Positions 41,493 through 55,039 are shown, counted from the first letter of the stretch. The stretch: DNA of 64,000 nt from Macrostomum hystrix (GCA_950097015.1 CATNEN010000024.1:1488001-1552000), one strand, 5' to 3'. Notes: generated by a model from the sequence alone, not told the origin. A program made the numbers and translations.

Positions 41493-42307
41493 ACACCAGC
41501 ACACTAGCACACTAGAAAGTTGTTGCAAATTGTAAAGAAATGATGAAAGAGTGATTGTGGAAATATGCGGCACGAATAGCAACCGTTTGTCTGCTTGATT
41601 CTGTTTTAAAACATTACGCGCGCAGGCCCTTCTAATCTGCTACACACCTGAATACCCAAGCTGCTTTAGTATTATTTATAACAACGCGTCGACCGTAGCG
41701 GAAGGGTAAAGATTTTCCGAACGAGTCGGGATCTGTGGGCCCGGAGGTTGTTGTGCCCGGCTGCCGATTGCATCCGATGGGCACGGCACAGTAAAGTGTT
41801 CAGCCTAACCAATGTGCGCAGCTGATACCCCCCGTGAACTGCATGCAGTATTGATCAGCGCATACCGAAGCAGGCCTGTGCCAGCTTTGCTGCTTTGCCA
41901 TAAAAGGTCATCGCCGTTCCGATTCTTGGGGAGGAGGGGTCTCTGCCTTCTAACCCTCTAACTCTCTCTCTCTCTCTCTTCCCTTCCAAGAGGATCCACA
42001 CAGCTAATATCAGTTTGGTGGGGGCCGAGCTGACTTAGTTTCGGGAATAAAGCGCCTTGTCCCTCGCCGCCATCCGCACTACCTGGTCCAGTTTTGGCGC
42101 GGCATCTCTTTCGCTTGACAGTCTTCCTGCGACTTGGCATTTCGCCTCATTCGGGTAATCCGGACGGGCAGCAGAATTGTGTTTGTCTTTTTATTTCCTT
42201 TGTAATTTCAGTTTTAATGCAGTGACAGCTGTTGTCAAATGCGCGCATTCCATTTCTCGAATTCCAGAAAACGATAACTATTCGCAATTTCAACACTTTG
42301 AAGCACA

Positions 42308-45300
42308 ATGGCTGACGATGTGAGTGGCATTGCGTGGTTCTGCCATTTGAAGTTTCACACCTGGGGTTTCGCAATAAAGTCATCAGTTTTGAAATTATCA
42401 AGCCGTTAAACGACAGTGACAAATGACAGACATTTTGCGTCGATTTTCATTCTGAACTTCAAGACTCAATAGCCTCTAAACTCCCTTTGTAGCTATGGGA
42501 ATTTGGCTTCTCGAGTTTTGCTAGGTTTTCTGGTGTAGAAGGTTGTCAAATAAACTGGGTTGTCAGATAAAGTGGGTTGTCAGATAAAGTGGGTTGTCAG
42601 ATAAAGTGGGTTGTCAGATAAAGTGGGTTGTCATGTGAAGTGGGTTGTCAGATAAAGTGGGTTGTCATGTGAAGTGGGTTGTCAGATGAAGTGGGGGTTG
42701 AATGTGGAATGTCTCGATCTTTCTCAAAGTCTCGAATTTCTTGTGGTACAAATGTCATTGCTTGGCATTGATTTGTTACAAACTGCCGGAATTGCTGCTT
42801 TCAGAAGAAGGAAGGCAAGCGCGCACAGCGGGCCACTTCAAACGTGTTCGCCGCCTTCCCACAGCAGCAGGTGCAGGAGTTCAAGGAGGTGTGCTAGATG
42901 CTGATATTTCTTATATTAACTTTCCACATTTGTTATACGTACTACTAACTTCAGTAGAAATTAATTCAATTGATACTATTATAATTGACAAATGTGCTTG
43001 TACAAAATGACACTGCTAAAATCTATAGGCCTTCACAATGATCGACCAGAATCGCGACGGTTTCATCGACGTCGAGGATCTCAAGGATATGTACGCCTCC
43101 TTGGGTGAGCGAAAGATCTACTGAAGTAGGGTTTGCATGTAGCTTTTGTTATTACTGTTCTTTACAATCCACTAAATCATTGGAGCCTGTGAATTATGCT
43201 GTCCAACAGGTGGGTATCCTGTATAACAGGTGGGTATCCTGTCTAACAGGTGGGTATCCTGTATAACAGGTGGGTATCCTGTATAACAGGTGGGTATCCT
43301 GTATAACTTGTGAGTATCCAGTCTAACAGGTGGGTATCCTGTCTAACAGGTGGGTATCCTGTCTAACAGGTGAGTATACTGTCTAACAGGTGGGTCGTCG
43401 AGACAGTAAGATTTCGATGCTAATTATCTCTTAATTCGAAGAAACAGACAGATATTTTTACTTAAGACAAGCACTTCCCCTCGGCAATCAACTAATTTCA
43501 CAGGCCGTCAGCCGACAGACAAGGAGCTGCAGGAGATGCTGAAGGAGTCGCCAGGTCCTCTGAACTTCACAATGTTCCTTCAGATTTTTGGCGAGCGACT
43601 AACCGGCTCCGATCCAGAAGACGCGTTGCGCAACGCCTTCAAGATGTTCGACGATGTCAACACCGGATTCCTGGATGAGGAGTAGTGAGTTAACTACAGG
43701 TCGGAAAGCTAGCAAGGCTTCGAATATAACGGACTAGTTGAGCCCTGCCAGCTGAAAATGTTCATGTAGAAGGTTGCCAGTTGAAAGGCTGCCAGTTGAA
43801 TGGCTGCCAGTTAGAAGGTTACCAGTTGGAAGGCTGCCAGTTGGAGGGCTGCCAGTTGGATGGCTGCCAGTTAGAAGGTTGCCAGTTGGAAGGCTGCCAG
43901 TTGGAAGGATACCAGTTGGAAGGCTGCCAGTTTGAAGGCTGCCAGTTGGAAGGCTGCCAGTTAGAAGGCTGCCAGTTGGAAGGCTGCCAGTTGGAAGGCT
44001 GCCAGTTTGAAGGATGCCAGTTGGAAAGCTGCCAGTTAGAAGGTTGCCAGTTGAAAGGCTGCCAGTTGAATGGCTGCCAGTTAGAAGGTTGCCAGTTGGA
44101 AGGCTGCCAGTTGGAGGGCTGCCAGTTGAAGGCTGCCAGTTATAGAAGGTTGCCTGTTGGAAGGCTGCCAGTTAAAAGGCTGCCAGTTAGAAGGTTGCCA
44201 GTTGAAAGGCTGCCAGTTGAATGGCTGCCAGTTAGAAGGTTGCCAGTTGAAAGGCTGCCAGTTGAATGGCTGCCAGTTAGAAGGTTGCCAGTTGGAAGGC
44301 TGCCAGTTGGAGGGCTGCCAGTAGAAGGCTGCCAGTTATAGAAGGTTGCCTGTTGGAAGGCTGCCAGTTAAAAGGCTGCCAGTTAGAAGGTTGCCAGTTG
44401 GAAGGCTGCCAGTTTGAAGGATGCCAGTTGGAAAGCTGCCAGTTAGAAGGTTGCCAGTTGGAAGGCTGCCAGTTAGAAGGTTGCCAGTTGGATGGCTGCC
44501 AGTTAGAAGGTTGCCAGTTGGAAGGCTGCCAGTTTGAAGGATGCCAGTTGGAAGGCTGCCAGTTTGAAGGCTGCCAGTTGGAAGGCTGCCAGTTAGAAGG
44601 CTGCCAGTTGGAAGGCTGCCAGTTTGAAGGCTGCCAGTTGGAAGGCTGCCAGTTTGAAGGATGCCAGTTGGAAAGCTGCCAGTTAGAAGGTTGCTAGTTG
44701 GAAGGCTGCCATTTAGAAGGCTGCCAGTTGGAAGGCTGCCAGTTGGAAGGCTGCCAGTTTGAAGGATGCCAGTTGGAAAGCTGCCAGTTGGAAGGCTGCC
44801 AGTTGGAAGGCTGCCATTTAGAAGGTTGCCAGTTGGAAGGCTGCCAGTTTGAAGGCTGCCAGTTGGAAGGCTGCCAGTTGTAAGGCTGCCAGTTGTAAGG
44901 CTGCCAGTTTGAAGTTTGCCATTTGGAAGGCTGCCAGTTGGAAGGCTGCCATTTAGAAGGTTGCCAGTTGGAAGGCTGCCAGTTTGAAGGCTGCCACTTG
45001 GAAGGCTGCCAGTTTGAAGTTTGCCAGTTGGAAGGTAGCCAGTTGGAAGGTAGCCAGTTGGAAGGTAGCCAGTTGGAAGGTAGCCAGTTGGAAGGTTGCC
45101 AGTTGGAAGGTTGCCGGGTCGGTACGATAACAATAACCATTTTCCCATCTTTCCGCCGCCGGTCCAGTTTCCGCGACCTCATGAAGAACATGGGCGACAA
45201 CTTCACGGAGGACGAGATTCGCCAGACGTGGAAGGAGGCGCCAATCCAGGGTGGCAAATTGGACTACAACAAGTTCGTCACGCAGATCAAGCGCGGCAAG

Positions 45301-45312
45301 GAGGACGAGTGA
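42308..45312 (+). CDS. MRLC: Myosin regulatory light chain, invertebrate muscle type (exons 42308-42319, 42805-42888, 43029-43104, 43504-43684, 45168-45312; about 165 aa)
   Basis: MADD|[17 protein letters not shown]-hand [23 protein letters not shown] and [26 protein letters not shown]. All junctions are GT..AG and phase-consistent. The 12-nt first exon is the least certain part. Confidence 0.93.
42545..42697. repeat. 17-bp minisatellite (TTGTCAGATAAAGTGGG), about 8 copies, in MRLC intron 1
   Basis: Direct tandem periodicity. Confidence 0.9.
43203..43395. repeat. 20-bp minisatellite (AACAGGTGGGTATCCTGT[A/C]T), about 10 copies, in MRLC intron 3
   Basis: Direct tandem periodicity. Confidence 0.95.
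43770..45117. repeat. 15-bp minisatellite (GGAAGGCTGCCAGTT), about 90 copies, in MRLC intron 4
   Basis: Direct tandem periodicity with indels and stops. Confidence 0.97.
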
Positions 45313-45864
45313 TCCGGGATTGGGATTTTATCCTTCGTCTAGATAATTAGCGCTACAAGCTCACTTTAGTTCTAAACTGCGATAGACCAGTTCTATACTA
45401 GCATTATCTAATTATATACTTGCTTTATTGAGTTTGTTTTTATTTCAAACTCATATGTAGGCACGATCGCCTACTCGCGCTACTCGCACAACATCAGTAG
45501 TATAGCTTGCATAATTAACTTAACAAATAATTAAAGACTCGAATGTGTTAAGCTTTCAAATTATTATTAAACTTCTCGCAAGATCAAAACCCTTTTTCGC
45601 TTCTTCTCAGCACAGATTAAGTACGCAACATACAGAATAAAGTGCAATGAGTGCGACTATAACAAATATTTGTTGAATAAAGCATAAAACCAATTTAACC
45701 AATATAATCTATCAGTATCAATAAATATACAAGCGTACAAAAGCATACACAGGTATTATTAAATGAAGGTCAATGATTAACATAGTTAACTGCTAAAAGT
45801 GGCCAATATAAATTAAACAGCTGAAGTAAAGCCGTTGCTTCTGGCCTTCAATTTTACTTACCAT

Positions 45865-46734
45865 CAGATCTCTGATGACATTATCTAGTATCCTCAGGTC
45901 TCTGATGACATTATCTAGTATCCTCAGGTCTCTGATGACATTATCTAGTATCCTCAGGTCCCTTATGACATTATCTAGTATCCTCAGGTCTCTGATGACA
46001 TTATCTAGTATCCTCAGGTCCCTTATGACATTATCTAGTATCCTCAGGTCCCTTATGACATTATCTAGTATCCTCAGGTCTCTGATGACATTATCTAGTA
46101 TCCTCAGGTCCCTTATGACATTATCTAGTATCATCAGGTCTCTGATGACATTATCTAGTATCATCAGGTCTCTGATGACATTATCTAGTATCCTCAGGTC
46201 TCTGATGACATTATCTAGTATCCTCAGGTCTCTGATGACATTAGCTGTACCCTCAGGACATTCACAGCATTAGCTAGTACCCTCAGGTCATTCACGGCAT
46301 TAGCTAGTACCCTCAGGTCATTCACAGCATTAGCTAGTACCCTCAGGTCATTCACAGCATTAGCTAGTACCCTCAGGTCATTCACAGCATTAGCTAGTAC
46401 CCTCAGGTCATTCACAGCATTAGCTAGTACCCTCAGGTCATTCACAGCATTAGCTAGTACCTTCAGGTCATTCACAGCATTAGCTAGTACCCTCAGGTCA
46501 TTCACAGCATTAGCTAGTACCTTCAGGTCATTCACAGCATTAGCTAGTACCCTCAGGTCATTCACAGCATTAGCTAGTACCCTCAGGTCATTCACAGCAT
46601 TAGCTAGTACCCTCAGGTCATTCACAGCATTAGCTAGTACCCTCAGGTCATTCACAGCATTAGCTAGTACCTTCAGGTCATTCACAGCATTAGCTAGTAC
46701 CCTCAGGTCATTCACAGCATTAGCTAGTACCCCA
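45865..46734. repeat. Bipartite 30-bp minisatellite (sub-array A 45865-46230, sub-array B 46260-46734)
   Basis: A: TCTGATGACATTATCTAGTATCCTCAGGTC; B: ATTCACAGCATTAGCTAGTACCCTCAGGTC. Confidence 0.97.
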
Positions 46735-47674
46735 GAGCCTTAAGCACAAGCTAATAAAAAATAATCGGAAAATGAAAGTCAGACTTCGTTATAGTTCTGA
46801 GAGCTGATAGTTTCTACAACTGAAAAATTAATTAACAGCAATACAGAAAATATGCCTATTTCAACTGAATTGTACTGTCCCTCGCGACAAAAAACGCAGA
46901 ATTTAGTTGTTTTTGTCTGCTTTAATAAAGCACAAAAACACTAATGCGATCAATATAAATTAACACAATGAAAATATATATTAGTAGATGGCAGAACAAC
47001 ACAGATTGCATTTGTTAGATTAAAATTCCAAACGGTAAATGACAAAGAGTATGTTATATTATGTTTAGCATAAGATACCAACAAGTCTTTTAATCTAGCA
47101 AACAATGAAGCTTAACTAGATTTGCAGGGGTGACAAAAATATAGAACAAAGAAAATCACAAAACCTGTCCACAAAGCAATGAAACATAAAGCAGAAAAAC
47201 GGAGAACAAAAACTTGGTGCATACTACTAGTACCAAAAAGTAGTAGAAAATACTAAATATAGTGGCCCAAAAGCGAAACGAAGCAAGCGGGACATTCTCA
47301 GTCTCTATAAATAAATAAACAATAGTGTGCAGCAACAGTGAGAAATCGGACAATAAAATGAAAATTTCACTGCTACAATCGGCCAAACATATAATAAAGT
47401 TTTTTGGTTTCACAGCAAACCGACCTATTATTACAAATATATATATATATATACCGGAGCCAGAAAAAAGTTGCTAAGAGAAAATAAATATCCAACACAC
47501 AGACACACAAATACACAAACGATACCTACTTAGACACGCACGGAGAGATAACAGTAAAGAAGATGATTTCAATAGTTGAAAAAGTACCGGGCTATGCAGT
47601 TTCAGCTTCTAGAATCATAGAATCACTTGCATAGTGCGTATAATTAGTGGTAAAACATCGTGCTTCATCTCCAC

Positions 47675-48857
47675 ACTTGTGTGGGACAGCTAATCCCAAT
47701 TAATGTGTGAGTGACATAGCTAATCCCCATTCACACATGTGTGAGTGACATAGCTAATCCCCATTCTCACTTGTGGGAGTGACATAGCTAATCCCCATTC
47801 TCACTTGTGGGAGTGACATAGCTAATCCCCATTCTCACTTGTGGGAGTGACATAGCTAATCCCCATTCTCACTTGTGGGAGTGACATAGCTAATCCCCAT
47901 TCTCACTTGTGGGAGTGACATAGCTAATCCCCATTCACACATGTGTGAGTGACATAGCTAATCCCCATTCACACATGTGTGAGTGACATAGCTAATCCCC
48001 ATTCTCACTTGTGGGAGTGACATAGCTAATCCCCATTCACACTTGTGTGAGTGACATAGCTAATCCCCATTCTCACTTGTGGGAGTGACATAGCTAATCC
48101 CCATTCACACATGTGTGAGTGACATAGCTAATCCCCATTCACACATGTGTGAGTGACATAGCTAATCCCCATTCTCACTTGTGGGAGTGACATAGCTAAT
48201 CCCCATTCTCACTTGTGGGAGTGACATAGCTAATCCCCATTCACACATGTGTGAGTGACATAGCTAATCCCCATTCTCACTTGTGGGAGTGACATAGCTA
48301 ATCCCCATTCTCACTTGTGGGAGTGACATAGCTAATCCCCATTCTCACTTGTGGGAGTGACATAGCTAATCCCCATTCTCACTTGTGGGAGTGACATAGC
48401 TAATCCCCATTCACACATGTGTGAGTGACATAGCTAATCCCCATTCACACATGTGTGAGTGACATAGCTAATCCCCATTCTCACTTGTGGGAGTGACATA
48501 GCTAATCCCCATTCACACTTGTGTGAGTGACATAGCTAATCCCCATTCTCACTTGTGGGAGTGACATAGCTAATCCCCATTCACACTTGTGTGAGTGACA
48601 TAGCTAATCCCCATTCACACTTGTGTGAGTGACATAGCTAATCCCCATTCACACTTGTGTGAGTGACATAGCTAATCCCCATTCACACTTGTGTGAGTGA
48701 CATAGCTAATCCCCATTCACACTTGTGTGAGTGACATAGCTAATCCCCATTCACACTTGTGTGAGTGACATAGCTAATCCCCATTCACACATGTGTGAGT
48801 GACATAGCTAATCCCCATTCTCACTTGTGTGAGTGAAGTGGCTAATCCCCATTCACT
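47675..48857. repeat. 34-bp minisatellite with an internal palindrome, about 34 copies
   Basis: Unit GAGTGACATAGCTAATCCCCATTC[T/A]CAC[T/A]TGTG[G/T]. Confidence 0.97.
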
Positions 48858-49137
48858 AAAATTCACGCATCAAAGCATATATAAAACCTGGAAGACACTT
48901 AACACCAAGGAGATAAAGCCAGTAAATTCGCACAATCGAAAACTATGGTAGCTTATTTGTTCAGATTGGAATATTGATAATCCAACAAAGACCACAAGCG
49001 ACAAGCGGAGAGGGAAAAAAGCGTATCAACCAGATAGATAGGAAATGAGCATGAGTGGGGCAATAATTCAATAAAAAATCTGCTATCAATTCGCAGTGGG
49101 AGTTCAAGTGGCCAGGGACAATGGCAAGCCGTTGTCG

Positions 49138-51622
49138 CTACTTGCCGGATGGTCTCTGTCGAAGGCCTTCTAGGCCACCAGAAGTGGCCGAAGATGCGGC
49201 CGACGCAGCCATGGGGGCGCCAATCGACGATGATGAGGTCGACGCCGCCGTTGTCAATGGCGACGCGGCGCCACTCGAACTGTCGGCCTGATCGTCGTCA
49301 CTGTCAGAGTACTCTGTGGGCTGCTCACTGGGCCTGAGCAGCTTGCCAACCAGGTCGTACTTTTCTGTCGGTAGAGCGGAGGCAGGGGAGTGTAGGGGAA
49401 TGTGATCGACTAGTACAGGCGATCATGAGTACTGAGCTAGTACAGGCGATCATGAGTACTGAGCTAGTACAGGCGATCATGAGTACTGAGCTAGTACAGG
49501 CGATTATGAGTACTGAGCTAGTACAGGCGATCATGAGTACTGAGCTAGTGCAGGTGATTTTGAGTACTGAGCTAGTACAGGTGATCATGAGTACTGAGCT
49601 AGTATCAGGTGATCATGAGTACTGAGCTAGTACAGGTGATTTTGAGTACTGAGCTAGTACAGGTGATCATGAGTACTGAGCTAGTACAGGTGATCATGAG
49701 TACTGAGCTAGTACAGGTGATCATGAGTACTGAGCTAGTACAGGTGATCATGAGTACTGAGCTAGTACAGTTGATTTTGAGTACTAAGCTAGTGCAGGTG
49801 ATCATGAGTACTGAGCTAGTACAGGTGATTTTGAGTACTCAGCTAGTGCAGGTGATCATGAGTACTGAGCTAGTACAGGTGATCATGAGTACTGAGCTAG
49901 TACAGGTGATTTTGAGTACTAAGCTAGTGCAGGTGATCATGAGTACTGAGCTAGTACAGGTGATCATGAGTACTGAGCTAGTACAGGTGATTTTGAGTAC
50001 TAAGCTAGTGCAGGTGATCATGAGTACTAAGCTAGTGCAGGTGATCATGAGTGCTTAAAGCTAGCTAGAAAGTGAAAACATGTGGCTACCTTTAAACTGC
50101 AGTTCCCACTCTTTCAGACTCTCTAGCTGCTTGGGATTGAGGTCGCTAAGGTCGTCATAGGTGTCCTTGAGAGCAGAAGAATCCAATGAAAATGTGGCCA
50201 GTGCTCTAGAGGCATCTCGTCCAGCAAAAACTGCATAAGGACTGCCTGCAATGCAGATAATAGTGTGAAGAAATCATGAGAAATATCTCTTAAGCCATCG
50301 AAATATTTTTATCACAATCAAGTAAGAGATCAATCATGTAACTTTAACTTGCTAAACAAAACATATGTATTAAAACAAGGTATATAACCAGTGCATGATT
50401 GCTTGTTCATTCACTCAATGAAGAAGCATGAATGGAATTAGACTGAGCACTGGGTCAGCATCCACCTGTCCCTCCTAAATCTTCTGCCAGTAGGCCTATA
50501 TGCATGCTGTTTCTACTTATTGGCCATTGGTCTCATTATAATTTTCATTGCTTATAATTATGTTAATAATATAAAGATAAATCCATTAAGTTATTCATAT
50601 ACTTCACAAAGTTATAGAAAATTAAAAAATACACTATAAACTCATTTTCAAGAAAAGGCCGTTGGAATTAGGAATATTATATTGAAATGTCTTAAAGAAA
50701 TGTAGCTAATAGATAAAATTAAAAAAAATTAAGTTAATAAAATCAAAGCATATGCCGAAATAAAATAACTACTAAAAAAGTAAATGCCTAAACAAAACAA
50801 CTTGAATACAGAATATATATTTTTTTGTTTAGCTATTGAATTATTTTAATATGAGCTAAAATAAAGCCTAGTCAGCCAAGCTAGACTAAACTAAGTCAAT
50901 AGCTATCAAAACTTATTAAATAACATTGTAATAAACAATGGTTAGAAAATGTGTTTGTAGTATTTGAAATTAAAACAATACAACTTTTACTAGCCGTTTT
51001 TCTATATCATGATACTGCATCCATAGCCTATTTTAAATGATTTTATAATAATGGTTACTTCTGACTGTCTACTATTGTTTACCAAGTATCAAGAAATATT
51101 CTGTAAATTTTAATTACTAGCTAATTTATTTGAAAATACCCATGGCTATGTTTATATATATGCATTTTAAGTTAGCTACATAGTGCATATATGCATATAT
51201 GGCCATATAATATTACCTTGCCTATAAAAATAAGCTTAAACACAAAGCACACATTAAGTATAGAAACACAAATAACTAAAACAGTAAAACTTAGATTACA
51301 CAAAAAACTTACCTTTTCCATACATGTTCCTGCCTTTGTTAGTAACATCAAATACCTTCTGATTAACAGCCACAAGAATCCTTTTTTCTTCATTGGACTC
51401 TCCATTATAAACAGCCAATTCTTCAACAGTAAAGTCCTGCCTTTTCATCTTAGGAAGAATTGGTGCCTTATTCTTGTCTTCACTGGGGTCAGCTGCTGGC
51501 CTTTTGATTTTAAAGATCTTATAAATCAAAAAGAAGCAAACACCAAGCAATAGAAGATTAAGAGGACTTGTAACCAGTTCAGTTATCAGTGATTTTGAAA
51601 CTTCCCACGTTTTAGCAGTCAT
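49138..51622 (-). CDS. PGRMC: Membrane-associated progesterone receptor component (PGRMC/MAPR, cytochrome b5-like heme/steroid-binding; exons 51622-51313, 50245-50090, 49364-49138; 230 aa)
   Basis: N-terminal TM ([18 protein letters not shown]), [49 protein letters not shown] and KYDLVGKLL. Two phase-1 GT..AG introns. Confidence 0.96.
49410..50053. repeat. 27-bp minisatellite (GAGTACTGAGCTAGTACAGGTGATCAT), about 24 copies, in PGRMC intron 2
   Basis: Direct tandem periodicity. Confidence 0.97.
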
Positions 51623-52711
51623 TGTGCTGCGCAGTGAGCAGTGAGCTATAAGCTAGGCGCTAGATAAAGTATTGAGGCAAATGCAGAAGATGCGTTTGTG
51701 AATCTACAAAAAATAAAACAGTAAAGGGCTATACTATCTGAGCAGCTAAAGGAACATTTTTATGAAAAAGAAGACAAGTTTTATTTCTTCACGTTCTATA
51801 ATTGCTTCTTACCAGCTTCCTAATTACTCGACAATTTTATATCGTTTTAGCTTTCTACGAAATTAGTGACGTAGTTACAAGTGTAATAAAATTTTTAATC
51901 TATTTGAAATTGTTATTAAAGTCAAAATATTTCGTGTGTACTGTTATTAAAAATAAATTATGCTAAATCGTCTCATATAACCGGTATTTTCGTACGGATG
52001 TTTTGTATTAATTATGTATTTATTATTTGTTTAAACTACGCTAAGCATGTTATTAAATATAAAGTGACACCAGTTGCAACCGGGTTTCTGACACGCGCGC
52101 GCGCATCGGGATTCTAGCCACTAAGTTTATATAATTAGATTGGAATTTGGCCTGGTCTTATTTAACGAATTGTGGGGAACAGCGCGTGTGTCAGCGAAGC
52201 GGCATTTCTAATTAGCATAACAGAGAAGTAGGCCCTATGACTAAATAATATAATATTAAGCTGCAGCCTTCAAAACGACCTTCAATTTCATTACAAATGG
52301 CGACCACCCACCAATAATTTCATTACATTTGGAACGTTCGAAATTATTCGGTTTTGTCATGTATAACAATATTCTAAAAACCTAGCTCTGTGAAATATAG
52401 GATTATTTATCAGAAATCTTTTTCCCAACAACTTTTGTTCGTACTTCTTTTCCTGCATGTGAATAAATTAATTTTTGAATAAATTTTTGTAATTCCAAAT
52501 AGTTTATCAAGGACCACTACGAGCGTAGAATAAGACTATGTCCTCTTCTTCTAGTGGTTCTTGGTGTGTATATAACTAAACTTTACTTCAAAGGGTTCCT
52601 TAAAATGTTTGTAGCCTTTTCCACCGAAAAAAATACGAGTAATTTGATAAAGCATTAGAAATTGCTCGCTTCTCTGATAAAAATATATAACAAACAATGT
52701 TATGAGAAACA

Positions 52712-52845
52712 TAAGAAATGTCTAATCTCTCCTGTTTCTCATCTCTCCCGTGTCTAATCTCTCCCCTGTCTAATCTCTCCTGTGTCTCATCGCTCTCGTG
52801 TCTCATCTCTCCCGTGTCTCATCTCTCCCGTGTCTCATCTCTCCC
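52712..52845. repeat. Short 16-17-bp pyrimidine-rich tandem repeat (TCTCATCTCTCCCGTG)
   Basis: About 8 imperfect copies. Confidence 0.85.
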
Positions 52846-53756
52846 CAATCTCATATTTATACAGTCAATGCGGCCCGCTGTCGTCTTTTAGGTTCTCTCT
52901 TTGGCCCGCCAGCAAATAAGTTTGCCTACCCCTATTATACACTGTTATTATTAAGTTCATCGACCCAATGAAGTAGCTAGTATAGCTTATATAAACTACG
53001 ACTAGTCTATAAATCGGGTATGAACGAAGAACTCAAAATAAGAGAACCTTGATATAATTTTCCCACGTGTCTGGGATTTAGAACAGGCGCAGCACATCCG
53101 TTTTTAGTTCCACATGCATGTGCAGCTTCTTTATACAGTTGGAAATATAATTATGTGGCATTATATTGATTTTTTCGGTTTTTAGCAGTGCAAACCAGTC
53201 GCTATGACTCATGCGAGTTGGTGACTGGGGCGGAGGAGGATCGACATGCAATAAGCCAAGGGTGGCGCCCTCTCCCCATTTCTGGGAGACGCGGAGGCTT
53301 CCCCTACTGGGAAGAGGCTTTTGGTGGGAGAGGAAAAAAGTGCCCCCGGATCTGCCGACAATAAATCACGCTATGGGAGGTGGGGAACAAGGGAGGGAAA
53401 AAAGTAGTTTTTTTCCTAATCAACCAACCCTCTTTCATCACAATTAGGGCACAGGCCTCTGAAATACCGAATTCCTTAAAGGATTCCTCATAACAAGAAA
53501 TGTGGCGCCGCCATCTTTGTCGTCCTTGATGCTTTCGGAAAATAGGAAACTCTGGGAAACTTGAATCCAGGTGCGCGGATGGAACTAGGGATCCACATTG
53601 GGGTGGGATTTTTGGGGAGTCAATGGCGAATGACCTAGTGACCCAGAACACGCCAAGAAAGACACTTTTCTGACGGAGGATAAAGTGATAAATCACTTAA
53701 AGGGCACAGAAGTTAATGGAGAGTTAATGGGCACAGCTCGAAATTGTTTGTTAGCA

Positions 53757-54566
53757 TGAGGTGGACTGGACTGAGAGATGTGGACTGGACTGAGAAAAAT
53801 GGATTGGAGTGAGAGAGATGGACTGGACTGAGAGAGGTGGACTGGACTGAGAGAGGTGGACTGGACTGAGAGATGTGGGCTGGACTGAGAAAAATGGATT
53901 GGAGTGAGAGATGTGGACTGAACTGAGAGAGATGGGACTGGACTGAGAGAGGTGGACTGGACTGAGAGAGGTGGACTGGACTGAGAGATGTGGACTGGAC
54001 TGAGAAAAATGGATTGGAGTGAGAGAGATGGACTGGAATGAGAGATGTGGACTGAACTGAGAGAGATGGGACTGAACTGAGAGAGATGGACTGGACTGAG
54101 ACAGATGGACTGGATTTAGAGAGATGGACTGGACTGAGAGATGGGACTGGACTGAGAGAAGTGGACTGGACTGAGAGATGGGACTGGACTGAGAGAGGTG
54201 GACTGGACTGAGAGATGTGGACTGGACTGAGAAAAATGGATTGGAGTGAGAGAGATGGACTGGAATGAGAGATGTGGACTGAACTGAGAGATGTGGACTG
54301 AACTGAGAGAGATGGGACTGAACTGAGAGAGATGGGACTGAACTGAGAGAGATGGACTGGACTGAGACAGATGGACTGGATTTAGAGAGATGGACTGGAC
54401 TGAGAGATGGGACTGGACTGAGAGAAGTGGACTGGACTGAGAGATGGGACTGGACTGAGAGAAGTGGACTGGAATGAGAGAGATGGACTGGACTGAGAGA
54501 TGGGACTGGACTGAGAGATGGGACTGGACTGAGAGAAGTGGACTGGACTGAGAGAGATGGACTGGG
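53757..54566. repeat. GGACT-based compound minisatellite (variable 16-22-bp units, GGACTGGACTGAGAGA...)
   Basis: Tandem periodicity with variable spacer. Confidence 0.95.
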
Positions 54567-54943
54567 CTAATAGAGACAAGCGATTTTCATAAAAAGAAAG
54601 AAAAGGAACTCTGAAGTTAAAATTTTATACAGACTTTCTGGATTCTATTATTTCATACATCATGCTAAAAAATACAATCGGCATCAAACGAAAACTAAAA
54701 TCATTCTTTTATGATTTAAAATCATCCTCAATGAGTCACAAATAAACTCCACGCCTTTCACAGAACTTCTCGTTCCCACAAAGTACCACGCAGACTAAGT
54801 TTTATTGAAGGTCGTGGGAGTAGTCGTTGAGGCGTTTCTTAGAAACCGCACGATACTTTTAGAGAAGCATTTTCTCACGAGACTGTATATAACAAACCAC
54901 AATGGGACAACGGATCTTGCCTTTCACTGCTTGCGTAAGTACT

Positions 54944-55039
54944 CCGGCCCTCCGGCCCTCTGGTCCTCCGGCCCTCTGGTCCTCCGGCCCTCTGGTCCTC
55001 CGGCCCTCTGGTCCTCCGGCCCCTGGTCCTCCGGCCCTC
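54944..55039. repeat. 16-bp tandem repeat (CCTCCGGCCCTCTGGT), about 5-6 copies
   Basis: Direct tandem periodicity. Confidence 0.9.

Noticed and set aside
41690-41900. Second tRNA-derived SINE
   Set aside because: An A-box-like start is present but there is no convincing B box.
41958-42140. Minus-strand MPSRRKTVKRKR as the MRLC N-terminus
   Set aside because: It is on the wrong strand; a plus-strand ATG GCT GAC GAT|GTGAGT exon at 42308 fits in phase.
43781-45117. (LEGCQ)n frame resembling a pentapeptide-repeat protein
   Set aside because: It lies inside MRLC intron 4, is broken by frameshifts and stops (e.g. near 44341, 44695 and 44881), and has no ATG or exon context.
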